Shown piece after piece: positions 23,349 through 37,649 of a stretch of 64,000 nt of DNA. Every line of letters starts with the position of its first letter. The stretch's first letter is position 1. Location: the NCBI RefSeq assembly GCF_001677475.2, contig NZ_CP015229.1. One strand, 5' to 3'. The DNA comes from Escherichia coli (lineage in GTDB: Bacteria; Pseudomonadota; Gammaproteobacteria; Enterobacterales; Enterobacteriaceae). A program made the translations under genes and the position numbers. A model generated the notes under the pieces. The model worked only from the letters and a program-made list of their open reading frames with translations. It did no database searches and was not told the DNA's origin.

Positions 23349-24539
23349 ATGCTTGACGCTCAAACCATCGCTACAGTAAAAGCCACCATCCCTTTACTGG
23401 TGGAAACGGGGCCAAAGTTAACCGCCCATTTCTACGACCGTATGTTTACTCATAACCCAGAACTCAAAGAAATTTTTAACATGAGTAACCAGCGTAATGG
23501 CGATCAACGTGAAGCCCTGTTTAACGCCATTGCCGCCTACGCCAGTAATATTGAAAACCTGCCTGCGCTGCTGCCAGCCGTAGAAAAAATCGCTCAGAAG
23601 CACACCAGCTTCCAGATCAAACCGGAACAGTACAACATCGTCGGTGAACACCTGTTGGCGACCCTGGACGAAATGTTCAGCCCGGGGCAGGAAGTGCTGG
23701 ACGCGTGGGGTAAAGCCTATGGCGTACTGGCTAATGTATTTATCAATCGCGAGGCGGAAATCTATAACGAAAACGCCAGCAAAGCCGGTGGCTGGGAAGG
23801 TACTCGCGATTTCCGCATTGTGGCTAAAACACCGCGCAGCGCGCTTATCACCAGCTTCGAACTGGAGCCGGTCGACGGTGGCGCAGTGGCAGAATACCGT
23901 CCGGGGCAATATCTCGGCGTCTGGCTGAAGCCGGAAGGTTTCCCGCATCAGGAAATTCGTCAGTACTCTTTAACTCGCAAACCGGATGGCAAAGGCTATC
24001 GTATTGCGGTGAAACGCGAAGAGGGTGGGCAGGTATCCAACTGGCTGCACAATCACGCCAATGTTGGCGATGTCGTGAAACTGGTCGCTCCGGCAGGTGA
24101 TTTCTTTATGGCTGTGGCGGATGACACGCCGGTGACGTTAATCTCTGCTGGTGTCGGCCAGACGCCAATGCTGGCAATGCTCGACACACTGGCAAAAGCA
24201 GGCCACACAGCACAAGTGAACTGGTTCCATGCGGCAGAAAATGGCGATGTTCACGCCTTTGCCGATGAAGTTAAGGAACTGGGGCAGTCACTGCCGCGCT
24301 TTACCGCGCACACCTGGTATCGCCAGCCGAGCGAAGCCGATCGCGCTAAAGGTCAGTTTGATAGCGAAGGTCTGATGGATTTGAGCAAACTGGAAGGTAC
24401 GTTCAGCGATCCGACAATGCAGTTCTATCTCTGCGGCCCGGTTGGCTTCATGCAGTTTGCCGCGAAACAATTAGTGGACCTGGGCGTGAAACAGGAAAAC
24501 ATTCATTACGAATGCTTTGGCCCGCATAAGGTGCTGTGA
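23349..24539 (+). CDS. hmp: Flavohaemoglobin (NO dioxygenase)
   Basis: ORF trimmed to [10 protein letters not shown]... (396 aa); globin domain plus FAD/NAD reductase domain. Confidence 0.93.
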   Translation: MLDAQTIATVKATIPLLVETGPKLTAHFYDRMFTHNPELKEIFNMSNQRNGDQREALFNAIAAYASNIENLPALLPAVEKIAQKHTSFQIKPEQYNIVGEHLLATLDEMFSPGQEVLDAWGKAYGVLANVFINREAEIYNENASKAGGWEGTRDFRIVAKTPRSALITSFELEPVDGGAVAEYRPGQYLGVWLKPEGFPHQEIRQYSLTRKPDGKGYRIAVKREEGGQVSNWLHNHANVGDVVKLVAPAGDFFMAVADDTPVTLISAGVGQTPMLAMLDTLAKAGHTAQVNWFHAAENGDVHAFADEVKELGQSLPRFTAHTWYRQPSEADRAKGQFDSEGLMDLSKLEGTFSDPTMQFYLCGPVGFMQFAAKQLVDLGVKQENIHYECFGPHKVL

Positions 24540-24544
24540 TTTGA

Positions 24545-24572
24545 TGTTGCCGGATGGAAACATCCGGCAACC
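24545..24572. terminator. Bidirectional hairpin terminator between convergent hmp and glnB
   Basis: GTTGCCGGATG-GAAA-CATCCGGCAAC perfect inverted repeat. Confidence 0.6.
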
Positions 24573-24583
24573 CTTGACGCGGT

Positions 24584-24958
<375 letters not shown>

Positions 24959-24982
24959 CTAAACGTAACACATAACGCCAAT

Positions 24983-26317
24983 TCATTCCTTGAAATCGTT
25001 TGCATCCAGCTCGTGTCGGGAAAGCAGTTTATAAAATTCTGTCCGGTTGCGCCCCGCCATTCTCGCCGCGTGGGTGACGTTGCCTTTGGTGATTTGCAGC
25101 AGCTTACGCAAATAATTGAGTTCAAACTGATTACGTGCCTCAACAAAGGTTGGCAGCGCCGTATTTTCACCCTCCAGCGCCTGCTCCACCAGCGCATCAC
25201 TAATCACCGGAGATGAGGTCAGCGCCACGCACTGTTCAATCACGTTGACCAACTGGCGCACATTACCCGGCCAGCTCGCGGTCATCAGGCGTTTCATCGC
25301 ATCGGTAGAGAATGCGCGGACAAACGGTTTATGTCGCTCTGCCGCCTGGCGCAACAGGTGATTTGCCAGTAGCGGAATGTCTTCTGTGCGCTCTGCCAGA
25401 GCCGGAATTTTCAGGCTGACAACGTTGAGGCGGTAATAGAGATCTTCACGGAATTCCCCGCGCGCCATCGCTTTTGGCAGGTCGCGGTGAGTGGCGGAAA
25501 TAATCCGCACGTCGATATCAATATCGCGGTTACTGCCCAGCGGGCGCACTTTACGCTCCTGCAACACGCGCAGCAGTTTGACCTGCAACGGTGTGGGCAT
25601 ATCGCCAATCTCATCGAGAAATAGCGTACCGCCTTCCGCCGCCTGGAATAAACCTTCGCGATTGCTGACAGCACCAGTAAACGCGCCACGCGCATGACCA
25701 AACAGCTCCGACTCCAGCAATTGCTCGGGCAATGCGCCACAGTTAATAGCAATAAATGGTTTGCTGTTGCGCGGGCTGGCGTTGTGGATAGCCTGGGCGA
25801 AAATCTCTTTCCCGGTGCCGCTCTGGCCATTAATCAGCACGCTGACGTCTGATTGCGCCACCAGCCGCGCCTGTTCCAGCAAACGCAGCATCAGCGGGCT
25901 GCGGGTGACAATCGCCTCGCGCCAGCGTTCGTCGGTAGCAGGCGCGGATTGTTCCAGCGCATCGTCAATTGCCTGATATAGCGCGTCTTTATCGACAGGC
26001 TTGGTGAGGAAACTAAAAACGCCCTGCTGTGTTGCAGCAACGGCATCGGGGATAGAACCATGCGCAGTAAGAATAATTACTGGCATTCCAGGCTGCACTT
26101 TCTGGATTTCAGCAAACAGCTGCATACCGTCCATTTCATCCATCCGCAGGTCGCTGATGACTAAATCTACTTTTTCGCGATTCAGTACCCGTAATCCTTC
26201 AGCGCCACTCTCCGCCGTGACCACGCTGTAGCCTTCGCTGGTCAGGCGCAGGCCAAGCAGTTTCAGCAATCCCGGATCGTCATCGACCAATAATAAATGC
26301 GCAGGTTTATGGCTCAT
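24983..26317 (-). CDS. glrR: Sigma54-dependent response regulator GlrR (YfhA/QseF)
   Basis: ORF trimmed to [14 protein letters not shown]... (444 aa); receiver domain, AAA+ sigma54-activator domain with GAFTGA, C-terminal HTH. Confidence 0.9.
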   Translation of the reverse strand: MSHKPAHLLLVDDDPGLLKLLGLRLTSEGYSVVTAESGAEGLRVLNREKVDLVISDLRMDEMDGMQLFAEIQKVQPGMPVIILTAHGSIPDAVAATQQGVFSFLTKPVDKDALYQAIDDALEQSAPATDERWREAIVTRSPLMLRLLEQARLVAQSDVSVLINGQSGTGKEIFAQAIHNASPRNSKPFIAINCGALPEQLLESELFGHARGAFTGAVSNREGLFQAAEGGTLFLDEIGDMPTPLQVKLLRVLQERKVRPLGSNRDIDIDVRIISATHRDLPKAMARGEFREDLYYRLNVVSLKIPALAERTEDIPLLANHLLRQAAERHKPFVRAFSTDAMKRLMTASWPGNVRQLVNVIEQCVALTSSPVISDALVEQALEGENTALPTFVEARNQFELNYLRKLLQITKGNVTHAARMAGRNRTEFYKLLSRHELDANDFKE

Positions 26318-27020
26318 CAGGAGTGACCTCATCGGTGGATGGCGCGGGCTTTTCACCCTCGTGCGGCGTATCCGGCGAGAAATTTCCAGCCGGTTTGCGG
26401 GTCGAGAGCTGGCGTTCAATATCGGTCAGGTTTTCCAGCTTGCGGGTGGTGAGTTCCAGTTGCTGCTGTAGAACGTGATGTTGCTGGCGCAAAGTATCCA
26501 GCTCGCTGTCGCTGGACTGCTGGAGTTTGCTGTAGCGTTGGCGCTCTTCCGCCAGTTGCAGTTGCAGCGCCTGACCGTCGCGCCAGAGTTGATACAGTGG
26601 GCGAACCTGTGCCGGGATCTCGGTACTTAACACATCAATACGCGCGACCAGCTGGCGGCGCTCATACGGCGTAATTTTGGCATCGGCGAGCAAAATCCCT
26701 TGTTTAAAGGTATTTTGCCAGCTGCCGTCATCATATTGGCGGGCTTGCTGACGCGACTGCGCAGGCATTAAACGATCAGCACAATCCATCGCCCGCAGCC
26801 AGTAAAGCGGATTGGTTTCGGTTGATTTACCTTGCAGCGCCCAGATGTCGCTACATTCAGTTGAAAGATAGTCAGCCAGTTGATAAACCGGAATTTTTTC
26901 TTCTGCTGGCGTATCAATAGCTGGCTTATTGTGACTCTGCACGCAACCCAGCAATGCCAGACATGGCAGCCCTGCCAGCCATAGCCGTCGGGGCAATAAT
27001 CGTTGAAAAATGTGTCGCAT
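26307..27020 (-). CDS. qseG: Outer-membrane lipoprotein GlrP/QseG (YfhG)
   Basis: About 237 aa; signal peptide with lipobox LLGC; lies between glrK and glrR. Confidence 0.8.
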   Translation of the reverse strand: MRHIFQRLLPRRLWLAGLPCLALLGCVQSHNKPAIDTPAEEKIPVYQLADYLSTECSDIWALQGKSTETNPLYWLRAMDCADRLMPAQSRQQARQYDDGSWQNTFKQGILLADAKITPYERRQLVARIDVLSTEIPAQVRPLYQLWRDGQALQLQLAEERQRYSKLQQSSDSELDTLRQQHHVLQQQLELTTRKLENLTDIERQLSTRKPAGNFSPDTPHEGEKPAPSTDEVTPDEP

Positions 27021-27184
27021 ATTCACCAGACTTAAAGCCTATCCCAGTGGGCGTAGTTGTTGCAGACAGTTTGGACATGGACAGCGCGGAGAAACCGGAG
27101 CGTACACGTCGTACGTGAGGATTTCGAGCACTGCCCAGGGCCAAACTGACAAATAAAATAGCCTGATGGGATAGGCTGTTAGCA

Positions 27185-28612
27185 TTATTTCGTGTTTTTC
27201 GACGACGGCAATTCAATGCGGAAGCAAACGTCTTGCCCGCTCTCGTCGACCAGATACAGTTCCCCTTGCATACGGCGAATACAATCCCTGGCAATGCTTA
27301 ATCCCAGACCGCTGCCCTTCACCGCCCCTTTTCGCTGGTGGCTTCCCTGAAAAAAGGGTTCGAAGATCATGGCGCGTTCCTCTTGCGGAATGGGCGTGCC
27401 TGTATTGATGACATCAATATAAACCCGCGCACCATGTAAACTGCTACGAAGGCAAATGTTACCGGATTCAACCCCGTAGTGCACCGCATTGGAGTAAAGA
27501 TTATCCAGTACGCTCATCAGCAGCATTGGCTCCGCCAGGCAAGCTGTTGCTTTGAGATCGACGTCGGTATGCATCATTTTAGCCCGTGCGGGCAGGCTAT
27601 GAGCAGAAACCACTGTCTCCACCAGCGGTGCTAACTCAACATTCTCCAGTTCCACCGCACTGTCCGCCTGTTTACGGTTGTAATCAAGCAGTTGTTCGAT
27701 CAGTTTTTGCAAATTGCGGCTGCTGCTATCAAGAATGCTCACCACCTCTTTTTGCTCTGGCGTAAGCGTCCCGACAACCTGATCAGCCAGTAATTCAGTG
27801 CCCTCGCGCATACTCGCCAGTGGCGTTTTTAATTCATGAGATAAATGTCTTAAAAATTGATGGCGTTGGGATTCCAGCCATGACAGGCGCTCACTTAACC
27901 AAAGAATACGTTGCCCAACCGAGCGTAACTCGCTCGGTCCACTGAACGAAACGCTATTGCCCAGAGAACGCCCTTCCCCCAACCGGTTGATCATCCTCTC
28001 GATATTTTTCACCGGACCAATAATCATCCGCGTGAAAAGCAGTACCATTACCAGACTCACCAGAAATAGCACCAGCGATTGCCAACCAAAATATTGCCCA
28101 CGTTCGGCGATTTCACGCTGAAGTTGCTGCCCACGAGAGAACACCACTGTGCGCGTGGCCTGCACCATTTCGGTATTGGCACTGGCAAAGGCTTCAAGAC
28201 GCGCAGCGGCGGCAGCATCGGGACCACTGTTGTTACACTGAAGTTGAGCCAGATTGTTCAAATCCTGACGCAATGCCTGGTAAAGTTTATCGTCTGGCAG
28301 TACGCCTGCGTGGGCATCGAGCATTTCGCTGTAACGCTTGCGCTGGCTTTGATAAACCTTCGCAAGCGTAGGGTCATCCAGCACGCAATACTGACGGTAG
28401 CTACGCTCCATCTCAAGCGCCGCGTTGGTCATTGCTTCGCTGCGCCGGGCATCGATAAGCGTGGTGCGGTTGACCAGCGCCGCCTGGTCGCTAAGCGCAT
28501 TCAGGCTTTGCCAGGCTTGCCATGCCAGCACCAACAGGGGTAGCAGAATCAGCAAAAATGCCAGCATTACCAGTTGTCGTAATGAGCGGGGAAAAACGGG
28601 CCAGCGTTTCAA
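27185..28612 (-). CDS. glrK: Sensor histidine kinase GlrK (YfhK/QseE)
   Basis: ORF trimmed to a TTG start (LKRWPVF..., 475 aa); HAMP and HisKA (H-box HELKTPL) plus ATPase domain. Confidence 0.85.
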   Translation of the reverse strand: MKRWPVFPRSLRQLVMLAFLLILLPLLVLAWQAWQSLNALSDQAALVNRTTLIDARRSEAMTNAALEMERSYRQYCVLDDPTLAKVYQSQRKRYSEMLDAHAGVLPDDKLYQALRQDLNNLAQLQCNNSGPDAAAAARLEAFASANTEMVQATRTVVFSRGQQLQREIAERGQYFGWQSLVLFLVSLVMVLLFTRMIIGPVKNIERMINRLGEGRSLGNSVSFSGPSELRSVGQRILWLSERLSWLESQRHQFLRHLSHELKTPLASMREGTELLADQVVGTLTPEQKEVVSILDSSSRNLQKLIEQLLDYNRKQADSAVELENVELAPLVETVVSAHSLPARAKMMHTDVDLKATACLAEPMLLMSVLDNLYSNAVHYGVESGNICLRSSLHGARVYIDVINTGTPIPQEERAMIFEPFFQGSHQRKGAVKGSGLGLSIARDCIRRMQGELYLVDESGQDVCFRIELPSSKNTK

Positions 28613-28669
28613 GGTGTTACTCTCGTCAGACGCGAATAGCCTGATGCTAACCGAGGGGAAGTTCAGATA

Positions 28670-28853
28670 CAACAAAGCCGGGAATTACCCGGCTTTGTTA
28701 TGGAATAAGGCGGTGCCTAACTCGACGTTTCGCCCGATGGTTGATATAGCTACGCTGATATCAGAAGTTGGACGGCAGGCACCTTGTTGTGCGTCATTCG
28801 AATTTTATGTAGCACGTCCCGAAGGGGCTGACATAAGTCGGTGAATGAGCCAC
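28670..28853 (-). ncRNA. glmY: GlmY small RNA
   Basis: Minus-strand read AGUGGCUCAUUCACCGACUUAUGUCAGCCCCUUCGGGACGUGC... ending in terminator hairpin GCCGGGUAAUUCCCGGC plus U-tract; recognised as GlmY. Confidence 0.8.
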
Positions 28854-28865
28854 TGCTTACTATTA

Positions 28866-28881
28866 TGCAGTAACTGTGCCA
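28866..28881 (-). promoter_or_regulatory. Sigma54 (-24/-12) promoter of glmY
   Basis: Minus-strand TGGCAC-AGTTA-CTGCA about 12 nt upstream of the GlmY 5' end. Confidence 0.7.
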
Positions 28882-28970
28882 ATAAAGAAAATAGTTTGGT
28901 AACGTACTGATTATACGTTGTTTTGAGGGATTTATGGCTTCTTCGCTATTTGAATGTAAATCAGCCACTG

Positions 28971-28988
28971 TGTCGCTAAAAAGAGACA
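28971..28988. promoter_or_regulatory. GlrR-type binding site 1 (TGTC-N10-GACA)
   Basis: TGTCGCTAAAAAGAGACA. Confidence 0.6.
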
Positions 28989-29033
28989 ACTTAAGATAAA
29001 CTTATTAGATTACAATAAAATCAATCATTTAAG

Positions 29034-29051
29034 TGTCGCCAGAAAGCGACA
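29034..29051. promoter_or_regulatory. GlrR-type binding site 2 (TGTC-N10-GACA)
   Basis: TGTCGCCAGAAAGCGACA. Confidence 0.6.
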
Positions 29052-29066
29052 CGGTAAACCACCCAT

Positions 29067-29084
29067 TGTCGTGATTTACAGACA
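29067..29084. promoter_or_regulatory. GlrR-type binding site 3 (TGTC-N10-GACA)
   Basis: TGTCGTGATTTACAGACA. Confidence 0.6.
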
Positions 29085-29086
29085 CA

Positions 29087-29112
29087 AAAAAGCTCCCTGA
29101 GTTGGGAGCTTA
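29087..29112 (-). terminator. Rho-independent terminator of purL
   Basis: Minus-strand GCUCCCAACUCAGGGAGC followed by UUUUUU. Confidence 0.6.
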
Positions 29113-29117
29113 TAATA

Positions 29118-29165
29118 GCGGTTGGTATTTAATGCCGGATGCGGCGTGAATGCCTCATCCGGGCT
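29118..29165. repeat. REP element
   Basis: GCCGGATGCGGCGTGAATGCCTCATCCGGGC palindrome just 3' of purL. Confidence 0.5.
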
Positions 29166-29187
29166 GCAAAACCAATGGGCTGACGAC

Positions 29188-32100
29188 TTACCCCAACTGC
29201 TTACGTGCATTGCGGAAAATGCGCATCCATGGGCCATCCTCGCCCCAGTTTTCCGGATGCCAGGAGTTGCTGACAGTACGGAAAACACGTTCCGGGTGCG
29301 GCATCATAATGGTGACTCGACCGCTTTCAGTCGTGACCGCCGTAATACCGTTCGGAGAACCGTTCGGGTTAGCCGGGTAGGTTTCAGTGACTTTGCCGAA
29401 GTTATCGACATAGCGCAGTGCCACCAGCCCTTTGCTTTCCAGTGCCGCCAGATGCGCCGCATCACGCACTTCCACGCGCCCTTCACCATGAGAGACAGCA
29501 ATCGGCATTTGCGAGCCCACCATCCCCTGCAACAGCAGCGACGGGCTTTGGGTCACTTCAACCAGGCTGAAACGCGCTTCAAAGCGATCGGAGGTATTGC
29601 GCACAAAACGTGGCCACAACTCACTACCTGGGATCAGTTCACGCAGATTAGACATCATCTGGCAACCGTTACATACCCCCAGCGCCAGCGTTTGCGAACG
29701 GTGGAAGAAGGTTGCAAACTCATCGCGTACACGGTCATTGAACAGGATAGACTTCGCCCAACCTTCACCGGCACCCAGCACATCACCGTAGGAGAAACCA
29801 CCGCACGCGACCAGGGCGTGGAAATCCTCCAGTCCCGTGCGTCCAGTCAGCAGGTCGCTCATATGCACGTCGATAGCATCAAAGCCCGCACGGTGGAAAG
29901 CTGCCGCCATTTCAACATGCGAGTTCACGCCCTGCTCACGCAGTACGGCAACTTTCGGACGTGCGCCAGTGGCAATATACGGTGCTGCCACATCTTCGTT
30001 GATATCGAACGACAGTTTTACATTCAGGCCCGGATCGGCGTCGTTAGATTTCGCCTGATGCTCCTGATCGGCACACTCCGGGTTGTCACGCAGGCGCTGC
30101 ATCTGCCAGGTAGTTTCTGCCCACCAGACACGCAACGTAGTGCGGCTTTCGCTGAATACAGTCTGCCCGTTGGCGGTAATCACAAAACGGTCACCGGAAA
30201 CCGCCTGGCCAACATAATGGACGCAATCAGCAAGCCCATGCTTTGCCAGTACCGCTTCAACTGCTTCACGGTCAGCGGCTCGAACCTGAATCACCGCCCC
30301 CAGTTCTTCGTTAAACAGCGCCGCCAGGCGATCGTCACCCAGTGTGGCGATATTCGCTTCAATGCCGCAATGACCGGCAAACGCCATTTCCGCCAGCGTT
30401 ACCAGCAGGCCGCCATCAGAGCGGTCGTGATACGCCAGCAGCTTACGCTGTGCAACCAGCGCCTGAATCGCGTCATAGAAGCCTTTCAGTTGCGCGACGT
30501 CGCGTACATCTGCCGGTTTGTCGCCAAGCTGACGATAAACCTGCGCCAGCGCCGTTGCGCCCAGCGCGTTATTGCCTTTGCCCAAATCAATCAGCAGCAG
30601 TGCGTTATCTTCGGTAGAAAGCTGCGGCGTGATGGTGTGACGTACATCTTCCACGCGGGCAAATGCGGAAATCACCAGCGACAGCGGCGACGTCATTTCG
30701 CGCTCTTCGTTACCTTCCTGCCAGCGGGTTTTCATCGACATAGAGTCTTTACCCACCGGGATCGTCAGGCCCAGCGCCGGACAAAGCTCTTCGCCCACAG
30801 CTTTAACGGCTTCATACAGGCCCGCATCTTCGCCTGGATGACCTGCCGCTGCCATCCAGTTCGCGGAAAGTTTAATGCGTTTGATATCGCCAATCTGTGT
30901 TGCGGCAATATTGGTTAACGCTTCACCGACCGCCAGACGGGCAGATGCGGCGAAATCCAGCAGCGCAACCGGCGCACGCTCGCCAATTGCCATCGCTTCG
31001 CCGTAGTAGCTATCGAGGCTGGCGGTAGTGACCGCGCAGTTAGCGACCGGCACCTGCCACGGACCAACCATCTGATCGCGCGCCACCATGCCGGTTACGC
31101 TGCGGTCACCGATGGTCACCAGGAAAGTTTTCTCTGCCACAGTCGGCAGATGCAGTACGCGTTTCACCGCGTCAGCAATGGTGATCCCTTCACGGGCCAG
31201 CGCATCGCCCTTCGCTTTCAGCGTTTGTACATCGCGGGTCATTTTCGGCGTTTTACCAAGCAGCACGTCCAGCGGCAGATCGATTGGCTGATTATCAAAA
31301 TGACGATCGTGCAGAGAAAGATGCAGTTCTTCAGTCGCTTCACCAATCACCGCGTAGGGTGCGCGTTCACGCTTACACAGTTCGTCAAACAGCGGTAACT
31401 GATCGGCAGCAACCGCCAGCACGTAGCGTTCCTGGGATTCGTTACACCAGATTTCCAGCGGGCTCATGCCCGGTTCGTCGCTCAGAATATCGCGCAGTTC
31501 GAATTTACCGCCGCGCCCGCCGTCGCTCACCAGTTCCGGCATGGCGTTAGAAAGACCGCCTGCGCCAACGTCGTGGATAAACAGGATTGGGTTGGCATCA
31601 CCAAGCTGCCAGCAACGGTCGATCACTTCCTGGCAGCGACGCTCCATCTCCGGGTTGTCGCGCTGTACGGAAGCAAAGTCGAGGTCCGCATCAGACTGAC
31701 CAGATGCCATGGAAGACGCCGCGCCGCCGCCAAGACCGATGTTCATTGCCGGGCCGCCGAGAACGACCAGCTTCGCACCAACGTTGATCTCGCCTTTTTG
31801 TACGTGATCGGCGCGAATGTTGCCGATCCCACCCGCCAGCATGATCGGTTTGTGATAACCGCGCAGCTCTTCGCCATTGTGGCTGTTCACTTTTTCTTCA
31901 TAAGTACGGAAGTAGCCGTTCAGTGCCGGGCGACCAAATTCGTTGTTAAACGCCGCGCCGCCCAGCGGGCCTTCGGTCATGATGTCCAGCGCGGTGACAA
32001 TGCGCTCAGGCTTACCGAAATCTTCTTCCCACGGCTGTTCAAAGCCCGGAATACGCAAGTTGGATACGGAGAAACCGACCAGACCGGCTTTCGGCTTTGC

Positions 32101-33075
32101 GCCACGCCCGGTGGCACCTTCATCGCGGATTTCACCGCCGGAACCGGTCGCCGCGCCCGGCCACGGAGAAATCGCCGTCGGGTGGTTGTGGGTTTCGACT
32201 TTCATCAGAATATGCGCCGGTTCCTGATGGAAATCGTAGCGGCCCGTTTCGTGGTCAGCAAAGTAGCGGCCCACTTCAGACCCTTCCATGACGGCGGCGT
32301 TATCTTTATAAGCAGAGAGAACGTGATCCGGCGTAGTTTCGAAGGTGTTTTTGATCATCTTGAACAGCGATTTCGGCTGCTGTTCACCGTCGATAATCCA
32401 GTCGGCGTTAAAAATTTTGTGGCGGCAGTGCTCAGAGTTCGCCTGAGCGAACATATACAGCTCAATGTCGTTCGGGTTACGACCAAGCTTTGTGAAAGCA
32501 TCCTGCAGATAGTCGATTTCATCTTCCGCCAATGCCAGGCCAAGGCGCAGGTTAGCGTCGATTAGCGCCTGACGGCCCTGCCCCAGCAAATCTACGCTGG
32601 TGACCGGAGTCGGTTGATGGTGTGCAAACAGCTGCTCTGCATCATCTAAAGCAAAAAAGACCGTTTCCATCATGCGGTCGTGCAGTTCAGCGGTAACCTG
32701 CTGCCATTGTTCATTGGTCAGCGTACCGGCTTCTATATAGTAAGCCACGCCGCGCTCAAGGCGGTTAACCTGTTGCAGCCCGCAGTTATGGGCAATATCG
32801 GTCGCTTTCGAAGACCAGGGAGAGATGGTGCCAGGACGCGGGGTCACCAGCAGGAGTTTGCCTTGCGGGGCGTGGCTGGCGAGTGCCGGGCCATATTTCA
32901 GCAGGCGTTCAAGTTGTGCGTGCTCATCATCGTTTAACGGCGCATTGAGGTCAGCAAAATGGACATACTCGGCGTAAATATTGTGAACCGGGAGCCTGGC
33001 AGCCTGAAAACGTGCCAGCAGTTTGTTGATTCGGAATGCCGACAATGCAGGCGAACCACGCAGAATTTCCATCAT
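29188..33075 (-). CDS. purL: Phosphoribosylformylglycinamidine synthase
   Basis: ORF trimmed to [20 protein letters not shown]... (1295 aa); FGAM synthase with C-terminal glutaminase domain. Confidence 0.95.
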   Translation of the reverse strand: MMEILRGSPALSAFRINKLLARFQAARLPVHNIYAEYVHFADLNAPLNDDEHAQLERLLKYGPALASHAPQGKLLLVTPRPGTISPWSSKATDIAHNCGLQQVNRLERGVAYYIEAGTLTNEQWQQVTAELHDRMMETVFFALDDAEQLFAHHQPTPVTSVDLLGQGRQALIDANLRLGLALAEDEIDYLQDAFTKLGRNPNDIELYMFAQANSEHCRHKIFNADWIIDGEQQPKSLFKMIKNTFETTPDHVLSAYKDNAAVMEGSEVGRYFADHETGRYDFHQEPAHILMKVETHNHPTAISPWPGAATGSGGEIRDEGATGRGAKPKAGLVGFSVSNLRIPGFEQPWEEDFGKPERIVTALDIMTEGPLGGAAFNNEFGRPALNGYFRTYEEKVNSHNGEELRGYHKPIMLAGGIGNIRADHVQKGEINVGAKLVVLGGPAMNIGLGGGAASSMASGQSDADLDFASVQRDNPEMERRCQEVIDRCWQLGDANPILFIHDVGAGGLSNAMPELVSDGGRGGKFELRDILSDEPGMSPLEIWCNESQERYVLAVAADQLPLFDELCKRERAPYAVIGEATEELHLSLHDRHFDNQPIDLPLDVLLGKTPKMTRDVQTLKAKGDALAREGITIADAVKRVLHLPTVAEKTFLVTIGDRSVTGMVARDQMVGPWQVPVANCAVTTASLDSYYGEAMAIGERAPVALLDFAASARLAVGEALTNIAATQIGDIKRIKLSANWMAAAGHPGEDAGLYEAVKAVGEELCPALGLTIPVGKDSMSMKTRWQEGNEEREMTSPLSLVISAFARVEDVRHTITPQLSTEDNALLLIDLGKGNNALGATALAQVYRQLGDKPADVRDVAQLKGFYDAIQALVAQRKLLAYHDRSDGGLLVTLAEMAFAGHCGIEANIATLGDDRLAALFNEELGAVIQVRAADREAVEAVLAKHGLADCVHYVGQAVSGDRFVITANGQTVFSESRTTLRVWWAETTWQMQRLRDNPECADQEHQAKSNDADPGLNVKLSFDINEDVAAPYIATGARPKVAVLREQGVNSHVEMAAAFHRAGFDAIDVHMSDLLTGRTGLEDFHALVACGGFSYGDVLGAGEGWAKSILFNDRVRDEFATFFHRSQTLALGVCNGCQMMSNLRELIPGSELWPRFVRNTSDRFEARFSLVEVTQSPSLLLQGMVGSQMPIAVSHGEGRVEVRDAAHLAALESKGLVALRYVDNFGKVTETYPANPNGSPNGITAVTTESGRVTIMMPHPERVFRTVSNSWHPENWGEDGPWMRIFRNARKQLG

Positions 33076-33152
33076 AAGTCTCTCGTCTTCTAAGCTTTCG
33101 GTGTACCCAAGGGGGGGGAAACGGGCGTCATTATAAAGAATCTGATGCGCTG

Positions 33153-33168
33153 ACGAAACCGTTTGCGT
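33153..33168. promoter_or_regulatory. PurR box upstream of purL
   Basis: ACGAAACCGTTTGCGT (reverse complement ACGCAAACGGTTTCGT) is a near-perfect 16-bp PurR palindrome. Confidence 0.55.
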
Positions 33169-33333
33169 GGAAATAAAATCACCATCGAGAATTAGCAACG
33201 CGTGCCGCCAATGGCTGTAATAAGTTGCCATCTGGCGCAGGTTTACGCAAAATGCCGCTCATTTATGAGTAAACCTTTCACTATTATTACGTTTTTTCAA
33301 GCTGGGACGCGCACGACACAGAGAATTAACTAA

Positions 33334-35435
<2,102 letters not shown>

Positions 35436-35447
35436 CTATGCTTTACT

Positions 35448-36083
35448 CTATTCCAGTTGCTGGAGTTCACCGCGCGGGGTTACTCGCCAACGATGCTGAC
35501 AGAAATAAAGCAGCGGGTTGTCCTGATTACTGTCGCTATAGCCACTGTACAACCGCAGTGGCGTGCCGATTTTACGCTCCAGTTGCGCGACCTTCTCATG
35601 CCCGAGGCAACGCATCGTCAATACCCAACCACCATAGCCACGCTGAATCTGACTGGCGATAAGATTAACCCGCGGCAGCCAGGGCGTATCGAAATAAACC
35701 GCTTCAACCAGCGGCTGCGGAGAGCCGGTAATCAACCAGATATCAGCATCGGAACTTAACAGGTAGGTGGTTAATCGCTCCTGAACCAGCGGAAAGGCGG
35801 TAACATTGTCACGAAACCAGCGTACGAAATCGGCCTGCAACGCCTGCAAACGCGCTTCATTGTGACCAAAAGTGCATCCCCACAGAAGCAGGCTCATCGG
35901 CCAGCGTGCCGCACGACCTTTTATCAATAACGCAATGGCTATGATCGGCAACAACGGCAGAACAAGTAACGCATTCAGCGGTTGGCGACGCAGTAAATAA
36001 CGCAAAAAACTGCCGAACATATCCTGCTGATGCAATGTTCCATCTAAGTCAAAAAACACCACACGACGCTCGTGAGTTGCCAA
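35448..36083 (-). CDS. pgpC: Phosphatidylglycerophosphatase C (HAD-like)
   Basis: 211 aa; DLDGTL HAD motif I near the N-terminus. Confidence 0.85.
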   Translation of the reverse strand: MATHERRVVFFDLDGTLHQQDMFGSFLRYLLRRQPLNALLVLPLLPIIAIALLIKGRAARWPMSLLLWGCTFGHNEARLQALQADFVRWFRDNVTAFPLVQERLTTYLLSSDADIWLITGSPQPLVEAVYFDTPWLPRVNLIASQIQRGYGGWVLTMRCLGHEKVAQLERKIGTPLRLYSGYSDSNQDNPLLYFCQHRWRVTPRGELQQLE

Positions 36084-36291
36084 ACCATACTCCTCTGGAC
36101 TGAAACATCCTGATTAATTTTCGCTACTACATAGCCTAACAGATAGATCATCACTTTTCCGGCAACAATCGACCGCATCATGGCTAACTGGAATTTTTAA
36201 TTCATGGCAATTAGCGGCAATGGAATATAAAATTCACTCGCGTGTGTCTCATATTGCCTGTTGTCGCCACTATTTCATCGCGAGGAAAGAT

Positions 36292-37140
36292 ATGAACGGC
36301 TTACTTCGTATCCGTCAGCGTTACCAGGGGCTTGCCCAAAGTGATAAAAAACTGGCGGATTATCTGCTGCTACAACCTGATACGGCGCGCCATTTAAGCT
36401 CTCAGCAACTGGCCAACGAAGCCGGAGTCAGTCAGTCCAGCGTCGTGAAGTTCGCGCAAAAACTCGGCTATAAAGGTTTCCCGGCGCTTAAGTTAGCGTT
36501 GAGTGAAGCGCTGGCAAGCCAGCCGGAATCTCCCTCCGTGCCCATTCATAACCAAATCCGCGGTGATGATCCGTTACGGCTGGTCGGCGAAAAACTGATT
36601 AAAGAAAATACTGCCGCTATGTACGCAACGCTAAACGTTAATAGTGAAGAGAAACTGCATGAATGCGTAACAATGTTGCGCTCTGCGCGGCGGATAATTC
36701 TGACCGGTATTGGCGCTTCGGGTCTGGTGGCGCAAAACTTTGCCTGGAAGCTGATGAAGATTGGCTTCAATGCTGCCGCAGTGCGCGATATGCATGCGCT
36801 ACTCGCTACAGTACAGGCGTCGTCCCCTGACGATCTGTTATTAGCCATTTCTTACACCGGTGTACGACGCGAGTTAAACCTGGCGGCAGATGAGATGCTG
36901 CGAGTGGGCGGAAAAGTGCTGGCGATTACCGGCTTTACTCCCAATGCCCTGCAACAGCGCGCTTCTCATTGCCTGTATACCATTGCCGAAGAACAAGCGA
37001 CAAACAGTGCTTCAATCTCTGCTTGTCACGCGCAGGGAATGTTAACGGATTTGCTGTTCATTGCGCTGATTCAGCAGGATCTGGAACTGGCACCAGAACG
37101 TATTCGTCATAGTGAAGCGCTGGTGAAAAAACTGGTCTGA
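36292..37140 (+). CDS. yfhH: RpiR/MurR-family transcriptional regulator (HTH plus SIS domain) YfhH
   Basis: ORF trimmed to MNGLLRIRQRY... (282 aa). Confidence 0.8.
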   Translation: MNGLLRIRQRYQGLAQSDKKLADYLLLQPDTARHLSSQQLANEAGVSQSSVVKFAQKLGYKGFPALKLALSEALASQPESPSVPIHNQIRGDDPLRLVGEKLIKENTAAMYATLNVNSEEKLHECVTMLRSARRIILTGIGASGLVAQNFAWKLMKIGFNAAAVRDMHALLATVQASSPDDLLLAISYTGVRRELNLAADEMLRVGGKVLAITGFTPNALQQRASHCLYTIAEEQATNSASISACHAQGMLTDLLFIALIQQDLELAPERIRHSEALVKKLV

Positions 37141-37159
37141 GTAAAGAATGCGCGTATAA

Positions 37160-37456
<297 letters not shown>

Positions 37457-37649
37457 TATTCTGCTCTGGAAGTAGAGTATTAATTATTTTACAGGAAAGC
37501 CTTAACGCCATTATATTTATTTAATTGATGACATTAGCATAATTATTCACAAAATGAATTTATATAATATCTGCCCAGACATTTATTTATAATTATTAAA
37601 GGCGCGCCTGGCTGGTTAACCTGACGCGCCTTAAGTACGTTTCCTTATG

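Noticed and set aside
29122-30918. 598-aa plus-strand ORF (with neighbours 31573..32565 and 29597..29791)
   Set aside because: Lies entirely antisense within purL; Arg/His/Gln-rich low-complexity translation typical of a shadow frame in a GC-rich, codon-biased gene; no RBS or family resemblance.
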